DNA of 64,000 bases from an uncultured Candidatus Saccharibacteria bacterium (lineage in GTDB: Bacteria > Patescibacteriota > Saccharimonadia > Saccharimonadales > JALRHH01): the NCBI GenBank assembly GCA_964559915.1, contig CAZLJP010000002.1:130423-194422 (forward strand). The letters run 5' to 3'. The position numbers and the translations under genes are program-made. This document shows, piece by piece, positions 9,296-18,098 of the stretch. The number at the start of each line of letters is the position of its first letter. Position 1 is the first letter of the stretch. The notes under the pieces are model-generated. The model did no database searches. It was not told where the DNA came from and saw nothing but the letters and a program-made list of their open reading frames with translations.

Positions 9296-10444
9296 TTAAT
9301 ATGAGCGGGTTTGGTAGGAAAGCTGGCCGTTGAGATACGTGTTGTACTCTGATGTCCTAAAAGTATTGCCAGAGACACTTTCTACATACATGGCGTGGCC
9401 CCAATAACCAGAGGTGCTGATGGCGACGTCGCCTGCTTGCGGTGTACGGTAAACCTCTACATCACCAGGGTGGCGATACGCGGCTGCGACCCAATCCTTG
9501 GCATTGCCGTAGTAACGTGGAGCGTTGCGACCAGAGGCCTCAACTGCCCAAGCAGCATATGATACACACTGGCGAGTACAGTAACCCCATGGGTCAGGAC
9601 CATCATTGTCCACACAGCCAGGGCCAGGGCTCATACCGAAGCCGGCATTACGATACGGATAGCTACCTGGGTTAACAGCTTGGGCAGTACCGCTAAAGCG
9701 CAGGAAGTAGTAACCACCATCAACAGAGAAGTTAGCACGGCGCTGTGCTGCTATAAGCTCGTCAATACGCTTGCGGTTCTGGGATGTCTTGGCGTTAAAC
9801 GCATCACGCTGCGCCTGGTTATAGTTCAAAAGACTCTGCTGTTCGTACAGATTAGCATTCAACTGGGCTTGCTGAGCAGCTTGTTCCTTGAGCAACTGAT
9901 CAACTGCCTGTTTTTGAGCACCAAGCTGTAGTTTGAGGGCAGTAATTTTATCAAGTGTTGTCTTGATTTTGTCCTTAACGGTGTTGCGATACTGCTGCTT
10001 ATCAACAAAATCACTAATATCATTACTACTGGCAAGCATTTCAAGGGTGCTGATGTCGCCTTCTAGATACATTGCCTTGATATTTTGGCCCAATAATGAG
10101 CGTTGCTTGGCAAGTTCAGCCTCGGCTTCAGCAATTTGCTGTGCCAGACGCTGTTGTTGAGCAGTATTATCATTGATTTTAGCTTGCAGCGCACTCACGC
10201 TGGCAGCCAAGGCATTGATTGCACCTTCGTAGCTTGTAGCTTGTTCAGCTAGTGATTGTACGGCTTTATTATTTTGGGCATTCTCTGCCTGAAGGCGCGC
10301 AATTTCCTGGGTAGAAGTCTCTGCGTTCGCAAACGGAGACACAATGAAGCCAAGCCCGACTACTACGGCGAGCAAAAATAAGATTATTCGGTTGTCTTTA
10401 AGCGCTTTTGTTTTCATTTTTGTGTCATTAGAATAGACATTCAT
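9296..10444 (-). CDS. secreted coiled-coil + CHAP-domain peptidoglycan hydrolase (PcsB-like architecture)
   Basis: A signal/TM segment (KDNRIILFLLAVVVGLGFIVSPFANA) is followed by about 230 aa of Q/A/L-rich coiled coil. The C-terminal CHAP-like domain contains CTRQCVSYAAWAV ... GHAMYVESV. The start was chosen at ATG 10442-10444; ATG 10415-10417 (MKTKALK) is equally possible. The track start at 10528 adds an unlikely extension. Confidence 0.75.
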   Translation of the reverse strand: MNVYSNDTKMKTKALKDNRIILFLLAVVVGLGFIVSPFANAETSTQEIARLQAENAQNNKAVQSLAEQATSYEGAINALAASVSALQAKINDNTAQQQRLAQQIAEAEAELAKQRSLLGQNIKAMYLEGDISTLEMLASSNDISDFVDKQQYRNTVKDKIKTTLDKITALKLQLGAQKQAVDQLLKEQAAQQAQLNANLYEQQSLLNYNQAQRDAFNAKTSQNRKRIDELIAAQRRANFSVDGGYYFLRFSGTAQAVNPGSYPYRNAGFGMSPGPGCVDNDGPDPWGYCTRQCVSYAAWAVEASGRNAPRYYGNAKDWVAAAYRHPGDVEVYRTPQAGDVAISTSGYWGHAMYVESVSGNTFRTSEYNTYLNGQLSYQTRSY

Positions 10445-10586
10445 ATGATACCACAGCTTATGCTTAATTTCAACCTCAAGCTTGAGGTTCCCGTGTATTG
10501 GGCTAGGCCAGAATACACCAACCAACACACTGAAAAAGAGAGATATTTAACATAACCACGATTATCCCTGCCTCGGTTTCAGAAAT

Positions 10587-11549
10587 TTATTTGGGCGCTT
10601 TGAATTTAAGATAGCGACGTGTAGCGATAACTGATGAAATTGCACCAATCAGAATACCAACTGCCAACTGAAGCCCCAAGATAACCCAGAAATGGCCGGT
10701 AAAATAGCGACTCGCAAACTGGATATCCAATAGCCCAAAGCTACTGGCGCCGAGCGTAGACGACGAAACCACAAATAGAAAATGACAGATAGTTACCGAC
10801 AGCAGCGAGGCAATGATACCGTAGGTTACGGTCTCTACCACAAACGGCCCGCGAATAAACCACGTGCTGGCACCCAATAGGCGCATAATCTGCAGCTCAT
10901 CCCGACGGTTAAAGATAGCCATTCGAATGGTGTTAAAGATTATGAGCATCGACACCATAGCAAATACCACTACCCCTGCAACGCCGGCCTTCTGGAAAAA
11001 GCTTGTAGCACTAGTAATATTATCAATCGCCTCTTTACGCTCACCAGAATATGAGGTTGCATCAGACTGCAGGGCTTTTACATCAGGACTTTCTATAAAT
11101 GTTCTAATTTCCTCAATTTTATTTGGGTCCTTAGGCTTAACCCTCAGGGAAGCCGGTAGTGGGTTATCAGTTTGCGAGATTGCAGCCAATAAATCGGGTT
11201 TATCTTGGTTTGCCTTCTTGTAATCCTCGAGTGCTTGGTCTTTTGATACCAACTCTACAGATTTCACATTCGTTAGCTGCTCAAATTGCTTAATCAGCTC
11301 ATCACGCCTGGTAGCGGCAACGTCATCCTTGAGATAAACCGATATATCAATCTTATCTGTAATCTGCTGAATCGTATTATCGAAGGTGGCGCTGGTAATG
11401 ACCGAGAATAAGATAATGGTCAGCGTAATTACCATCACGGCAATAGCCGCAATAGCTAGCGTAAGGTTGCGAACAAAGTTTTGCAGACCTGTCTTGATAA
11501 TACGCCACTGCGTTATCGTCCAGTGATTACCCGGAGCCTTGGCGCTCAT
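10587..11549 (-). CDS. ftsX: cell-division ABC transporter permease-like protein FtsX
   Basis: 320 aa. It has a TM1, large extracellular loop and 3 C-terminal TM layout. It overlaps ftsE by 4 nt. Confidence 0.85.
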   Translation of the reverse strand: MSAKAPGNHWTITQWRIIKTGLQNFVRNLTLAIAAIAVMVITLTIILFSVITSATFDNTIQQITDKIDISVYLKDDVAATRRDELIKQFEQLTNVKSVELVSKDQALEDYKKANQDKPDLLAAISQTDNPLPASLRVKPKDPNKIEEIRTFIESPDVKALQSDATSYSGERKEAIDNITSATSFFQKAGVAGVVVFAMVSMLIIFNTIRMAIFNRRDELQIMRLLGASTWFIRGPFVVETVTYGIIASLLSVTICHFLFVVSSSTLGASSFGLLDIQFASRYFTGHFWVILGLQLAVGILIGAISSVIATRRYLKFKAPK

Positions 11550-12238
11550 AAACTGCCCGCCTCTTTGTATTCCGCATTGGCACGGTCACTTACTACACGA
11601 CCATCTTCGATAGTTATAACGCGGCGCTTCAGCTTGTTGACGATTTCTATATTATGCGTGGTAAGCAGCACCGTGGTGCCATACCTATTAATCTTCTCTA
11701 GAATCTTGATGATATCCCAGGCGTGCTTGGGGTCAAGGTTACCTGTCGGCTCATCGGCAATCAGGATTTTGGGTTGGCGCACAATTGCACGAGCAATTGC
11801 CACACGCTGGCGCTCACCACCAGACAGTTCCTGCGGCATGCGCTTTTCTTTACCCTTAAGACCAACTATATCCAATACACGAGGTACGGTGTGTTCAATC
11901 TCTTTATTGCCAAAGCCCACAATCTCTAGCGCAAACGCCACGTTTTCATACACATTACGATTACGCAGCAGCTTAAAATCTTGGAACACCACACCAATCT
12001 TGCGACGCAGCAGTGGAATATCTTTATCCTTGAGCTTGTCGTAGTCGATACCACCAATCACGATTTTGCCACTGGTTTGGCGCTCTTCCCTAGTCAAAAG
12101 TTTAAGCAGTGTGGATTTACCCGCACCCGATTTACCGATAATAATGACAAATTCCTTGGGCTCCACGTGCAAACTCACGCGGTCCAACGCGGCGTTACTG
12201 CTATTGTAGCTTTTTGTTACCCTATCTAATAAGATCAT
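11546..12238 (-). CDS. ftsE: cell-division ATP-binding protein FtsE
   Basis: 230 aa with Walker A GKSGAGKST, ABC signature LSGGERQR and Walker B ILIADEPTGNLD. Confidence 0.9.
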   Translation of the reverse strand: MILLDRVTKSYNSSNAALDRVSLHVEPKEFVIIIGKSGAGKSTLLKLLTREERQTSGKIVIGGIDYDKLKDKDIPLLRRKIGVVFQDFKLLRNRNVYENVAFALEIVGFGNKEIEHTVPRVLDIVGLKGKEKRMPQELSGGERQRVAIARAIVRQPKILIADEPTGNLDPKHAWDIIKILEKINRYGTTVLLTTHNIEIVNKLKRRVITIEDGRVVSDRANAEYKEAGSL

Positions 12239-12263
12239 TACTGCTTATTTTAACATAAACGGC

Positions 12264-13349
12264 TTAGCTGGTCAGTGTATGTTCGAGGTACGCATCAATG
12301 AAGTCGTTGAGCTTGCCGTCAAGGACGGCGTCGGGGTCGGAGGTTTCGTGACGAGTGCGAAGGTCTTTAACCTGTTTATAAGGATGGAGCACATAGCTGC
12401 GGATTTGATTACCCCAGGCAGCTTGTTCATTGGGACCCTTTAGTTCGCGAATGTTTTCTTGGTGCTGTTCTAACTGAAGCTGCGCCAGCTTACCACGCAA
12501 GATACTCATGGCAGTTTCTTTATTCTGTAGCTGGCTACGTTCGTTCTGAATTGCCACTACGATATTGGTTGGTATGTGAGTAATACGCACAGCAGAGTCA
12601 GTCGTGTTTACTGATTGACCGCCATGGCCACCACTGCGATATACGTCAATTTTAAGGTCCTTATCGTCTATTTGTACTGCATCAGGTTTATCAACCTTGG
12701 GCACTACTTCTACTTTCGCAAAGCTAGTTTGACGTAAATTATCGCTGTTAAATGGGCTTAATCGCACCAGTCGGTGTACACCGTGTTCGCTCTTGAGTTT
12801 GCCATAGGCATGCGGACCAGACAGCTCAATTGTCACACTTTTAATACCAGCTTCCTCACCAGTCGATTCATCATCAATCTGTGTCTTGATGCCATTTTGC
12901 TCTGCCCAACGTAGATACATCCTAAGCAACATCGCTGCCCAATCCTGCGCGTCAGTACCACCTGCTCCAGCGTGAATACTCAAAACAGCATCCATGTCAT
13001 CATAAGGACCGTTGTATCTAAGGTCTTGTTTCAAAATTGCCAATTGTTGCTCTGCATCAGTTAACTGGATACTGAGTTCGTTCATCAGACTGATATCGCC
13101 AAGCTCAGCTAGTTCTGAGACTTCAGCAAGCTTAGCTTTGAGCGCCTGCCACGGCTCGGTTGCTGTTTGTAACTTAGATTGTTGTTTAGATAGCTCCTGC
13201 GCTTTAGTCCTATCCTGCCAAACTTCGGGATTTGCTAGCTGAATATTGAGCTGGTCAAGGTCGGTAATCTTGCTATCCAACGACAAAGCCGCCCATACGG
13301 CACTAAGCTCATTGAGTACTATTTGTGCTCGTTTTGTGATGTCGTTCAT
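12264..13349 (-). CDS. prfB: peptide chain release factor 2 (single uninterrupted frame)
   Basis: 361 aa. The SPF tripeptide (RLVRLSPFNS) marks RF2, and the GGQ motif is present ([20 protein letters not shown]). The N-terminal region is in the same frame, so no +1 frameshift site is needed. Confidence 0.9.
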   Translation of the reverse strand: MNDITKRAQIVLNELSAVWAALSLDSKITDLDQLNIQLANPEVWQDRTKAQELSKQQSKLQTATEPWQALKAKLAEVSELAELGDISLMNELSIQLTDAEQQLAILKQDLRYNGPYDDMDAVLSIHAGAGGTDAQDWAAMLLRMYLRWAEQNGIKTQIDDESTGEEAGIKSVTIELSGPHAYGKLKSEHGVHRLVRLSPFNSDNLRQTSFAKVEVVPKVDKPDAVQIDDKDLKIDVYRSGGHGGQSVNTTDSAVRITHIPTNIVVAIQNERSQLQNKETAMSILRGKLAQLQLEQHQENIRELKGPNEQAAWGNQIRSYVLHPYKQVKDLRTRHETSDPDAVLDGKLNDFIDAYLEHTLTS

Positions 13350-13380
13350 AGTTCTATATTACCCCTGTTAAAAGAGCGTT

Positions 13381-14715
13381 TCAGCTGTTTTGTTTAGCCA
13401 AAACTGGCCGTGTACTGGGCTCATGAGCTGCGTCCCAAAGTGGTGAAACCTGTGCGTGTAGCTTGTCTACAAACTCATCGCCCAAGCTACCTAGACAACC
13501 AAAACCCCAAACATTGTCTGCAAACATACTCCTCGAAATTGATACGATTGATTCTTTGGTCACCGCATCAATACGGTTTGGAATATCATAATAATCTTCA
13601 ACCGTCTCATCAAAGAAATAACGGTTGCTGTAACCTGCTGCAATATTGCTGACCGTCTGACCACCGCGTTGGTAGCGACCAAGGGCATATTGCTTTGCGG
13701 CAGTTACATCAGCATCGTCGAGTTTAGCCTCAAAGACCGCTTCAAGCTCCTTCTTTATGATGGCAAATAGTTTGTCGGCGTTCTTGGGCATAACCTGGGC
13801 TCCAAACCACCAGTTGCTGCTATGCGCCGTCTGGCCAAAGCCAGAGCTCATGCTGTATACCAAACCATGTTCACGAGCAGTTCCTAAGATACGTGAGTAC
13901 AGTGTTTCTGTGAGCATGGTATTGATTAACCCAAGCGCATCGGCCTCTGGGTCGGTCATGCGGGAACGACGGAAGCTATCGAGATAGAAATAGACATTAT
14001 CTATGGTGTCATTATGGATATAGAGCGGTTTTGTGAGACGCTTGGGCTTCTCGAGCGGCAAAGCGAGTCGACCATTGCCCGGCTCTAGTTCAAGGTTTTT
14101 TAGTAAATCTTCTAAGACCTTCTGGCGGTCAGGCGTAATATTACCCGCAATGACAAAACGGAGATTACTTGCGGTATGTGTGCGGTTATAATGCTCGATA
14201 ATGTCTTGTAATTGCACGTTGTCCATCAGCTGCACACGTTCTTGGTCTGTCATAACCTTAAACCCGTAGGCATTACGTAGTGCGAGACTGAGGTGGCGGA
14301 AATGATTATTGCCGCGGGACGTCAGCTCTTCACGGACATTACCAAACTCGGCTGTGAACTCTTCCTCTAGGAACAATGGCTTCGTGACCGCAACCAGTAA
14401 TAAATCAGCAATTCTATCCCACTCAAAATCGGCACACTCCGCTTCGTACGTAATGTCATATGTACCGGTACTGGCATTGCAGTAGGCGCCATTTTTCTCG
14501 AACTCTGCCTGGAATAAACGGGCTTTTGGAATCAGCTCGTTCGCGCCCAGCAGCACATGCTCCATGAGGTGTGGCGTCTCCCATTTGTCTTTTTCTACCA
14601 GGTATTCACCTGCTCGAAAGTTGAGCTCAAACGTCATGACGCTAGCATCAGGAATATGAACAAATAGTCCCTTAACACCATTACTCAAACCGACCTCAGT
14701 AGTGATATGCTTCAC
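13381..14715 (-). CDS. M16 family (pitrilysin/insulinase-like) zinc peptidase
   Basis: 444 aa with the inverted zinc motif HXXEH in PHLMEHVLLG. It has the two-lobed length typical of M16. Confidence 0.75.
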   Translation of the reverse strand: MKHITTEVGLSNGVKGLFVHIPDASVMTFELNFRAGEYLVEKDKWETPHLMEHVLLGANELIPKARLFQAEFEKNGAYCNASTGTYDITYEAECADFEWDRIADLLLVAVTKPLFLEEEFTAEFGNVREELTSRGNNHFRHLSLALRNAYGFKVMTDQERVQLMDNVQLQDIIEHYNRTHTASNLRFVIAGNITPDRQKVLEDLLKNLELEPGNGRLALPLEKPKRLTKPLYIHNDTIDNVYFYLDSFRRSRMTDPEADALGLINTMLTETLYSRILGTAREHGLVYSMSSGFGQTAHSSNWWFGAQVMPKNADKLFAIIKKELEAVFEAKLDDADVTAAKQYALGRYQRGGQTVSNIAAGYSNRYFFDETVEDYYDIPNRIDAVTKESIVSISRSMFADNVWGFGCLGSLGDEFVDKLHAQVSPLWDAAHEPSTRPVLAKQNS

Positions 14716-14718
14716 TGA

Positions 14719-17313
14719 TTACTTCTTGCGGCGCTTGGCGACGGTCTTACGTTTGCGTTCTTGTTTGCGGGCTTTTTTGCGGCGGTCATTGGCCTGAGTT
14801 TGCGCTGCTGCCTCAACTTTACCAGGTGTAAAGTCAACTTCGTGGAACTCCTCACCTTCGATAATGCGATCGGCATTATCGACTGAATTACGTGCCGCCT
14901 TGGTTAACTCTGTCTCTACGTGCTCTTCCAAATTTGCTGGTTGTGCATGGAATAGTGTCTTTACGACTTCATGGCGCATAGTCTGCTGCATTTCATCAAA
15001 GATAATCTGTGACTGACGGCGGTATTCAACCAATGGGTCACGCTGACCAACACTCATCCAATAGATGCCTTCACGCAGATGGTGCATATTCTCAAGGTGC
15101 TGCATCCACAGATTGTCCAAAATCTGCAGGAACACATCACGCTCAACTTTGCGCATGATTTCAGGGGTGAATGCTGCTTCCTGGCTGTTATATAACTCGA
15201 CAGCTTCGGATTGCAGCACCTCACCAAACTTGTTGGCATCGGCATCAAATAGACGGTCTAGCACTGCATCATCAAATGGAAAACTATGTGTAATGACCTC
15301 TTCTAATTTGTCTGTCAGCAACTCTGGAGAAGTAGCAATCGCTTTGGCCTCATCCTCGATATACAGCTTGATGCGCTTCTGGATATCAGGCTGCGTCAGT
15401 ACTTCACGGCGCATGGCATATACAGCCTTACGGTGGCGGTTCATGACGTCGTCGAACTTAACTACATCTTTTCGGGAGTCAAAATGGTAGCCTTCCACCT
15501 TCTTTTGAGCACCCTCTAGACTACGGCTGATAATACGGTTCTCAATAGGTGTTTCGTCGTCCACGCCCAGGCGGTTCATAACGTTACCAATACGGTCACC
15601 ACCAAAGATACGCATCAAATCGTCTTCGGTACTGACGTAGAATTGTGTAATACCAGGGTCACCCTGACGTCCGGAACGGCCACGGAACTGATTATCAACA
15701 CGGCGTGATTCATTACGTTCTGTGCCAATCACATACAGACCACCGAGCTTCTTAGTAGTATCATCCAAAACAATGTCAGTACCACGACCAGCGATGTTAG
15801 TGGCCAGCGTTACAGCACCTTTTTGGCCTGCATTGGCGACAATTGCAGCTTCGCGCTCGTTGTTCTTGGCATTAAGCATTTGGTGCTTGATTTTGGCCTT
15901 GGTGAGCAATTCAGACAATACTTCGTTTTTCTCGATTGAGTTAGTACCAATAAGGACAGGCTGGCCCTTCACATTTAGTGCCTTAACTTCGTTAATAATA
16001 GCCTTGAACTTGCCCTTTTCTGACTTGTAAATACGGTCTTGTAGGTCCTGACGAGCCAGCTTGCGGTTTGGTGGGATAATAATCACATCTAGTTTGTAGA
16101 TTTGGTGGAATTCCTCGGCTTCGGTTTCGGCGGTACCGGTCATGCCAGATAGCTTGTCGTACAAACGGAAGTAATTCTGGAATGAAATAGTTGCCAGTGT
16201 CATAGATTCTTCCTGAACTTCAACACCTTCTTTGGCCTCAATTGCCTGGTGTAGACCCTCGTTGTAGCGACGGCCCGGTAGTAAACGACCGGTGTGCTCG
16301 TCCACAATCACTACTTCACCATCACGTGTAACCACGTAATCTTTATCACGTTTGAACATAGTCTCTGCCTTAAGAGCTTGCTCCAAGTGATAGATAGTGC
16401 GGATATTACCAGCTGCGTAGAGGTTATCGATACCAAGAATTTTCTCAACATGGGCGATACCCTTGTCGGTTAGTATCACCGTTTTTCGTTTTTCGTCTTT
16501 CTCGTAGTCGGTCTCTTTGAGCTGACGAGTTATCTTGGCAAACTGAGAATATGCGTTACCGCTTGTAACTGACGGTGCAGAGATAATTAACGGCGTGCGA
16601 GCTTCATCAATGAGAATAGAGTCGACTTCGTCAACGATTGCAAAGTTGAGCTCACGCTGGCGCAGCTGCTCTACTTCACGCACCATATTGTCACGCAGGT
16701 AGTCAAAACCGAATTCGTTGTTAGTACCGTAAGTAATATCAGCGTTATACGCTTCCTGACGAGTAGCTGGCCGCAGCTTGCGCATACGTGGGTCATCGTG
16801 GTCTTTGTTGTCGTAGTTAGCATCAAATACAAATGATTGGTCGGTCACAATAACTCCGGTAGAAAGACCCAAGAAGTCATACATCTGACCCATCCAGCCA
16901 GCATCACGCTGTGCCAAATATTCGTTGACGGTCACCACGTGCACACCCTTGCCGGTCAAGGCGTTGAGATACACCGGCAATACTGCCACCTGAGTCTTAC
17001 CTTCACCAGTTTTCATTTCGGCCACGTTGCCTTCATGCAGCGCCATGCCGCCTATCAACTGCACGTCATAGTGACGCTGGCCAATAACACGACGTGTTGC
17101 TTCACGGGCAACCGCAAAGGCATCAGGCAAAATCTTGTCCAGTGATTCTTTTTCGAGCCGCTTCTTTAGCTCGGCTGTTTGAGTCTTGAGTTTGGCATCG
17201 CTCAGTTTCTTATACTGGGACTCTAAATCATTGATGGCCTTAACACGTTTTTTAAGACGCTTGAGCGTCTTAATCTGTGGATCACCAAGTACACGTTTAA
17301 TAACTTTCTTCAT
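14719..17313 (-). CDS. secA: preprotein translocase ATPase SecA
   Basis: 864 aa. DEAD-like motor motifs are present (MKTGEGKTQVA, DEVDSILIDEARTPLIIS, TNIAGRGTDI). The C-terminus is a Lys/Arg tail (RRKKARKQERKRKTVAKRRKK) rather than a Cys/His zinc finger. Confidence 0.95.
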   Translation of the reverse strand: MKKVIKRVLGDPQIKTLKRLKKRVKAINDLESQYKKLSDAKLKTQTAELKKRLEKESLDKILPDAFAVAREATRRVIGQRHYDVQLIGGMALHEGNVAEMKTGEGKTQVAVLPVYLNALTGKGVHVVTVNEYLAQRDAGWMGQMYDFLGLSTGVIVTDQSFVFDANYDNKDHDDPRMRKLRPATRQEAYNADITYGTNNEFGFDYLRDNMVREVEQLRQRELNFAIVDEVDSILIDEARTPLIISAPSVTSGNAYSQFAKITRQLKETDYEKDEKRKTVILTDKGIAHVEKILGIDNLYAAGNIRTIYHLEQALKAETMFKRDKDYVVTRDGEVVIVDEHTGRLLPGRRYNEGLHQAIEAKEGVEVQEESMTLATISFQNYFRLYDKLSGMTGTAETEAEEFHQIYKLDVIIIPPNRKLARQDLQDRIYKSEKGKFKAIINEVKALNVKGQPVLIGTNSIEKNEVLSELLTKAKIKHQMLNAKNNEREAAIVANAGQKGAVTLATNIAGRGTDIVLDDTTKKLGGLYVIGTERNESRRVDNQFRGRSGRQGDPGITQFYVSTEDDLMRIFGGDRIGNVMNRLGVDDETPIENRIISRSLEGAQKKVEGYHFDSRKDVVKFDDVMNRHRKAVYAMRREVLTQPDIQKRIKLYIEDEAKAIATSPELLTDKLEEVITHSFPFDDAVLDRLFDADANKFGEVLQSEAVELYNSQEAAFTPEIMRKVERDVFLQILDNLWMQHLENMHHLREGIYWMSVGQRDPLVEYRRQSQIIFDEMQQTMRHEVVKTLFHAQPANLEEHVETELTKAARNSVDNADRIIEGEEFHEVDFTPGKVEAAAQTQANDRRKKARKQERKRKTVAKRRKK

Positions 17314-17533
17314 CAGTTTCTCCCTCTTCGGTCAATCAGCAAGATTAACAGTCAATGCATCTATTGTACTATGAGCCGAGTGAAATGGTTGCTTGCAAGC
17401 ATTTCCGAGCGAAGACGTACAACAGTTACTCGTCACTATTGTACCTCAAGAGCCACAGAGATAGAAGATACTTTTCCAACAATGTTTCACCTGCCCGCTT
17501 CGCTGGGTAAAGCCCGAAGGGGTTTAGACGAAA

Positions 17534-17896
17534 TTATGCTTCGCTGCGACGCAAACGAAGTAATACACGACGGTGGATACGGTGGGCGTTGTGAGTATCT
17601 TTGTACTTTTTTAGCTGGTTTTTTAGCTTGGCTTCCACGATATCAACGGCGGCAAACATATTGATAGTTGCCTCCTTGGTCATCATAGTACTACTTGGGA
17701 GATGTAGCACCACTTCACACACATTCTGTTTCTTACCCTTAACACTGAGTTCTTTCACAAATATTTCTGCATGAGCAGACTCGCGGGCATGGCGTGGCAT
17801 GTAGCGGTCAAGTTTGCCGATTTTTTTGGTAATGTACTTCTTCAAATCATCTGTTAGGACTGTGTGTACACCGTTGATTTCGAGTTTCTGAATCAT
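17534..17896 (-). CDS. hpf: ribosome hibernation promoting factor (HPF/RaiA family, short form)
   Basis: 120 aa. The N-terminal pattern INGVHTVLTDDLKKYITKKIGKLDRY is typical of the sigma-54-modulation/RaiA family. A strong SD (GGAGG, complement of 17903-17907) lies 6 nt upstream of the ATG. Confidence 0.85.
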   Translation of the reverse strand: MIQKLEINGVHTVLTDDLKKYITKKIGKLDRYMPRHARESAHAEIFVKELSVKGKKQNVCEVVLHLPSSTMMTKEATINMFAAVDIVEAKLKNQLKKYKDTHNAHRIHRRVLLRLRRSEA

Positions 17897-17935
17897 GTGA
17901 AACCTCCTGTTATATTCTATTTTGTTAAGCGAGCG

Positions 17936-18025
17936 ACTCTTCGGACCTATGTACCGGTCATCAGGTGAGAAGATGTATGAATATACATCGACGAGCGGTA
18001 TGGCTGGTACATGGGTTCGAAGAGT
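17936..18025. promoter_or_regulatory. 90-nt extended hairpin in the hpf 5' leader / serS 3' region (candidate cis-regulatory or small RNA)
   Basis: ACTCTTCGGACCTATGTACC (17936-17955) pairs with GGTACATGGGTTCGAAGAGT (18006-18025). That gives 20 positions, 18 Watson-Crick plus 2 that are G-U only in the plus sense. The inner hairpin is GATGTAT-GAAT-ATACATC. Confidence 0.4.
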
Positions 18026-18098
18026 TTCGAGGCTGAAATAGAATGTGACATGAGGTTACCCCCTCTTTTAGTACTTCTATTATATCCCGGCACGCAAA

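Noticed and set aside
12264-13349. Search for the canonical prfB +1 frameshift site (short upstream ORF ending CTT TGA C)
   Set aside because: It was not found. The N-terminal RF2 domain is contiguous with the rest of the protein in one frame, so the gene is called as a normal CDS rather than a frameshifted gene or pseudogene.
17927-17939. 13-mer AAGCGAGCGACTC shared by the hpf leader (17927-17939) and the rpsB leader (35619-35631), considered as a common regulatory motif
   Set aside because: A single 13-nt match between two sites in 64 kb on both strands is expected by chance many times over. The flanks do not align.
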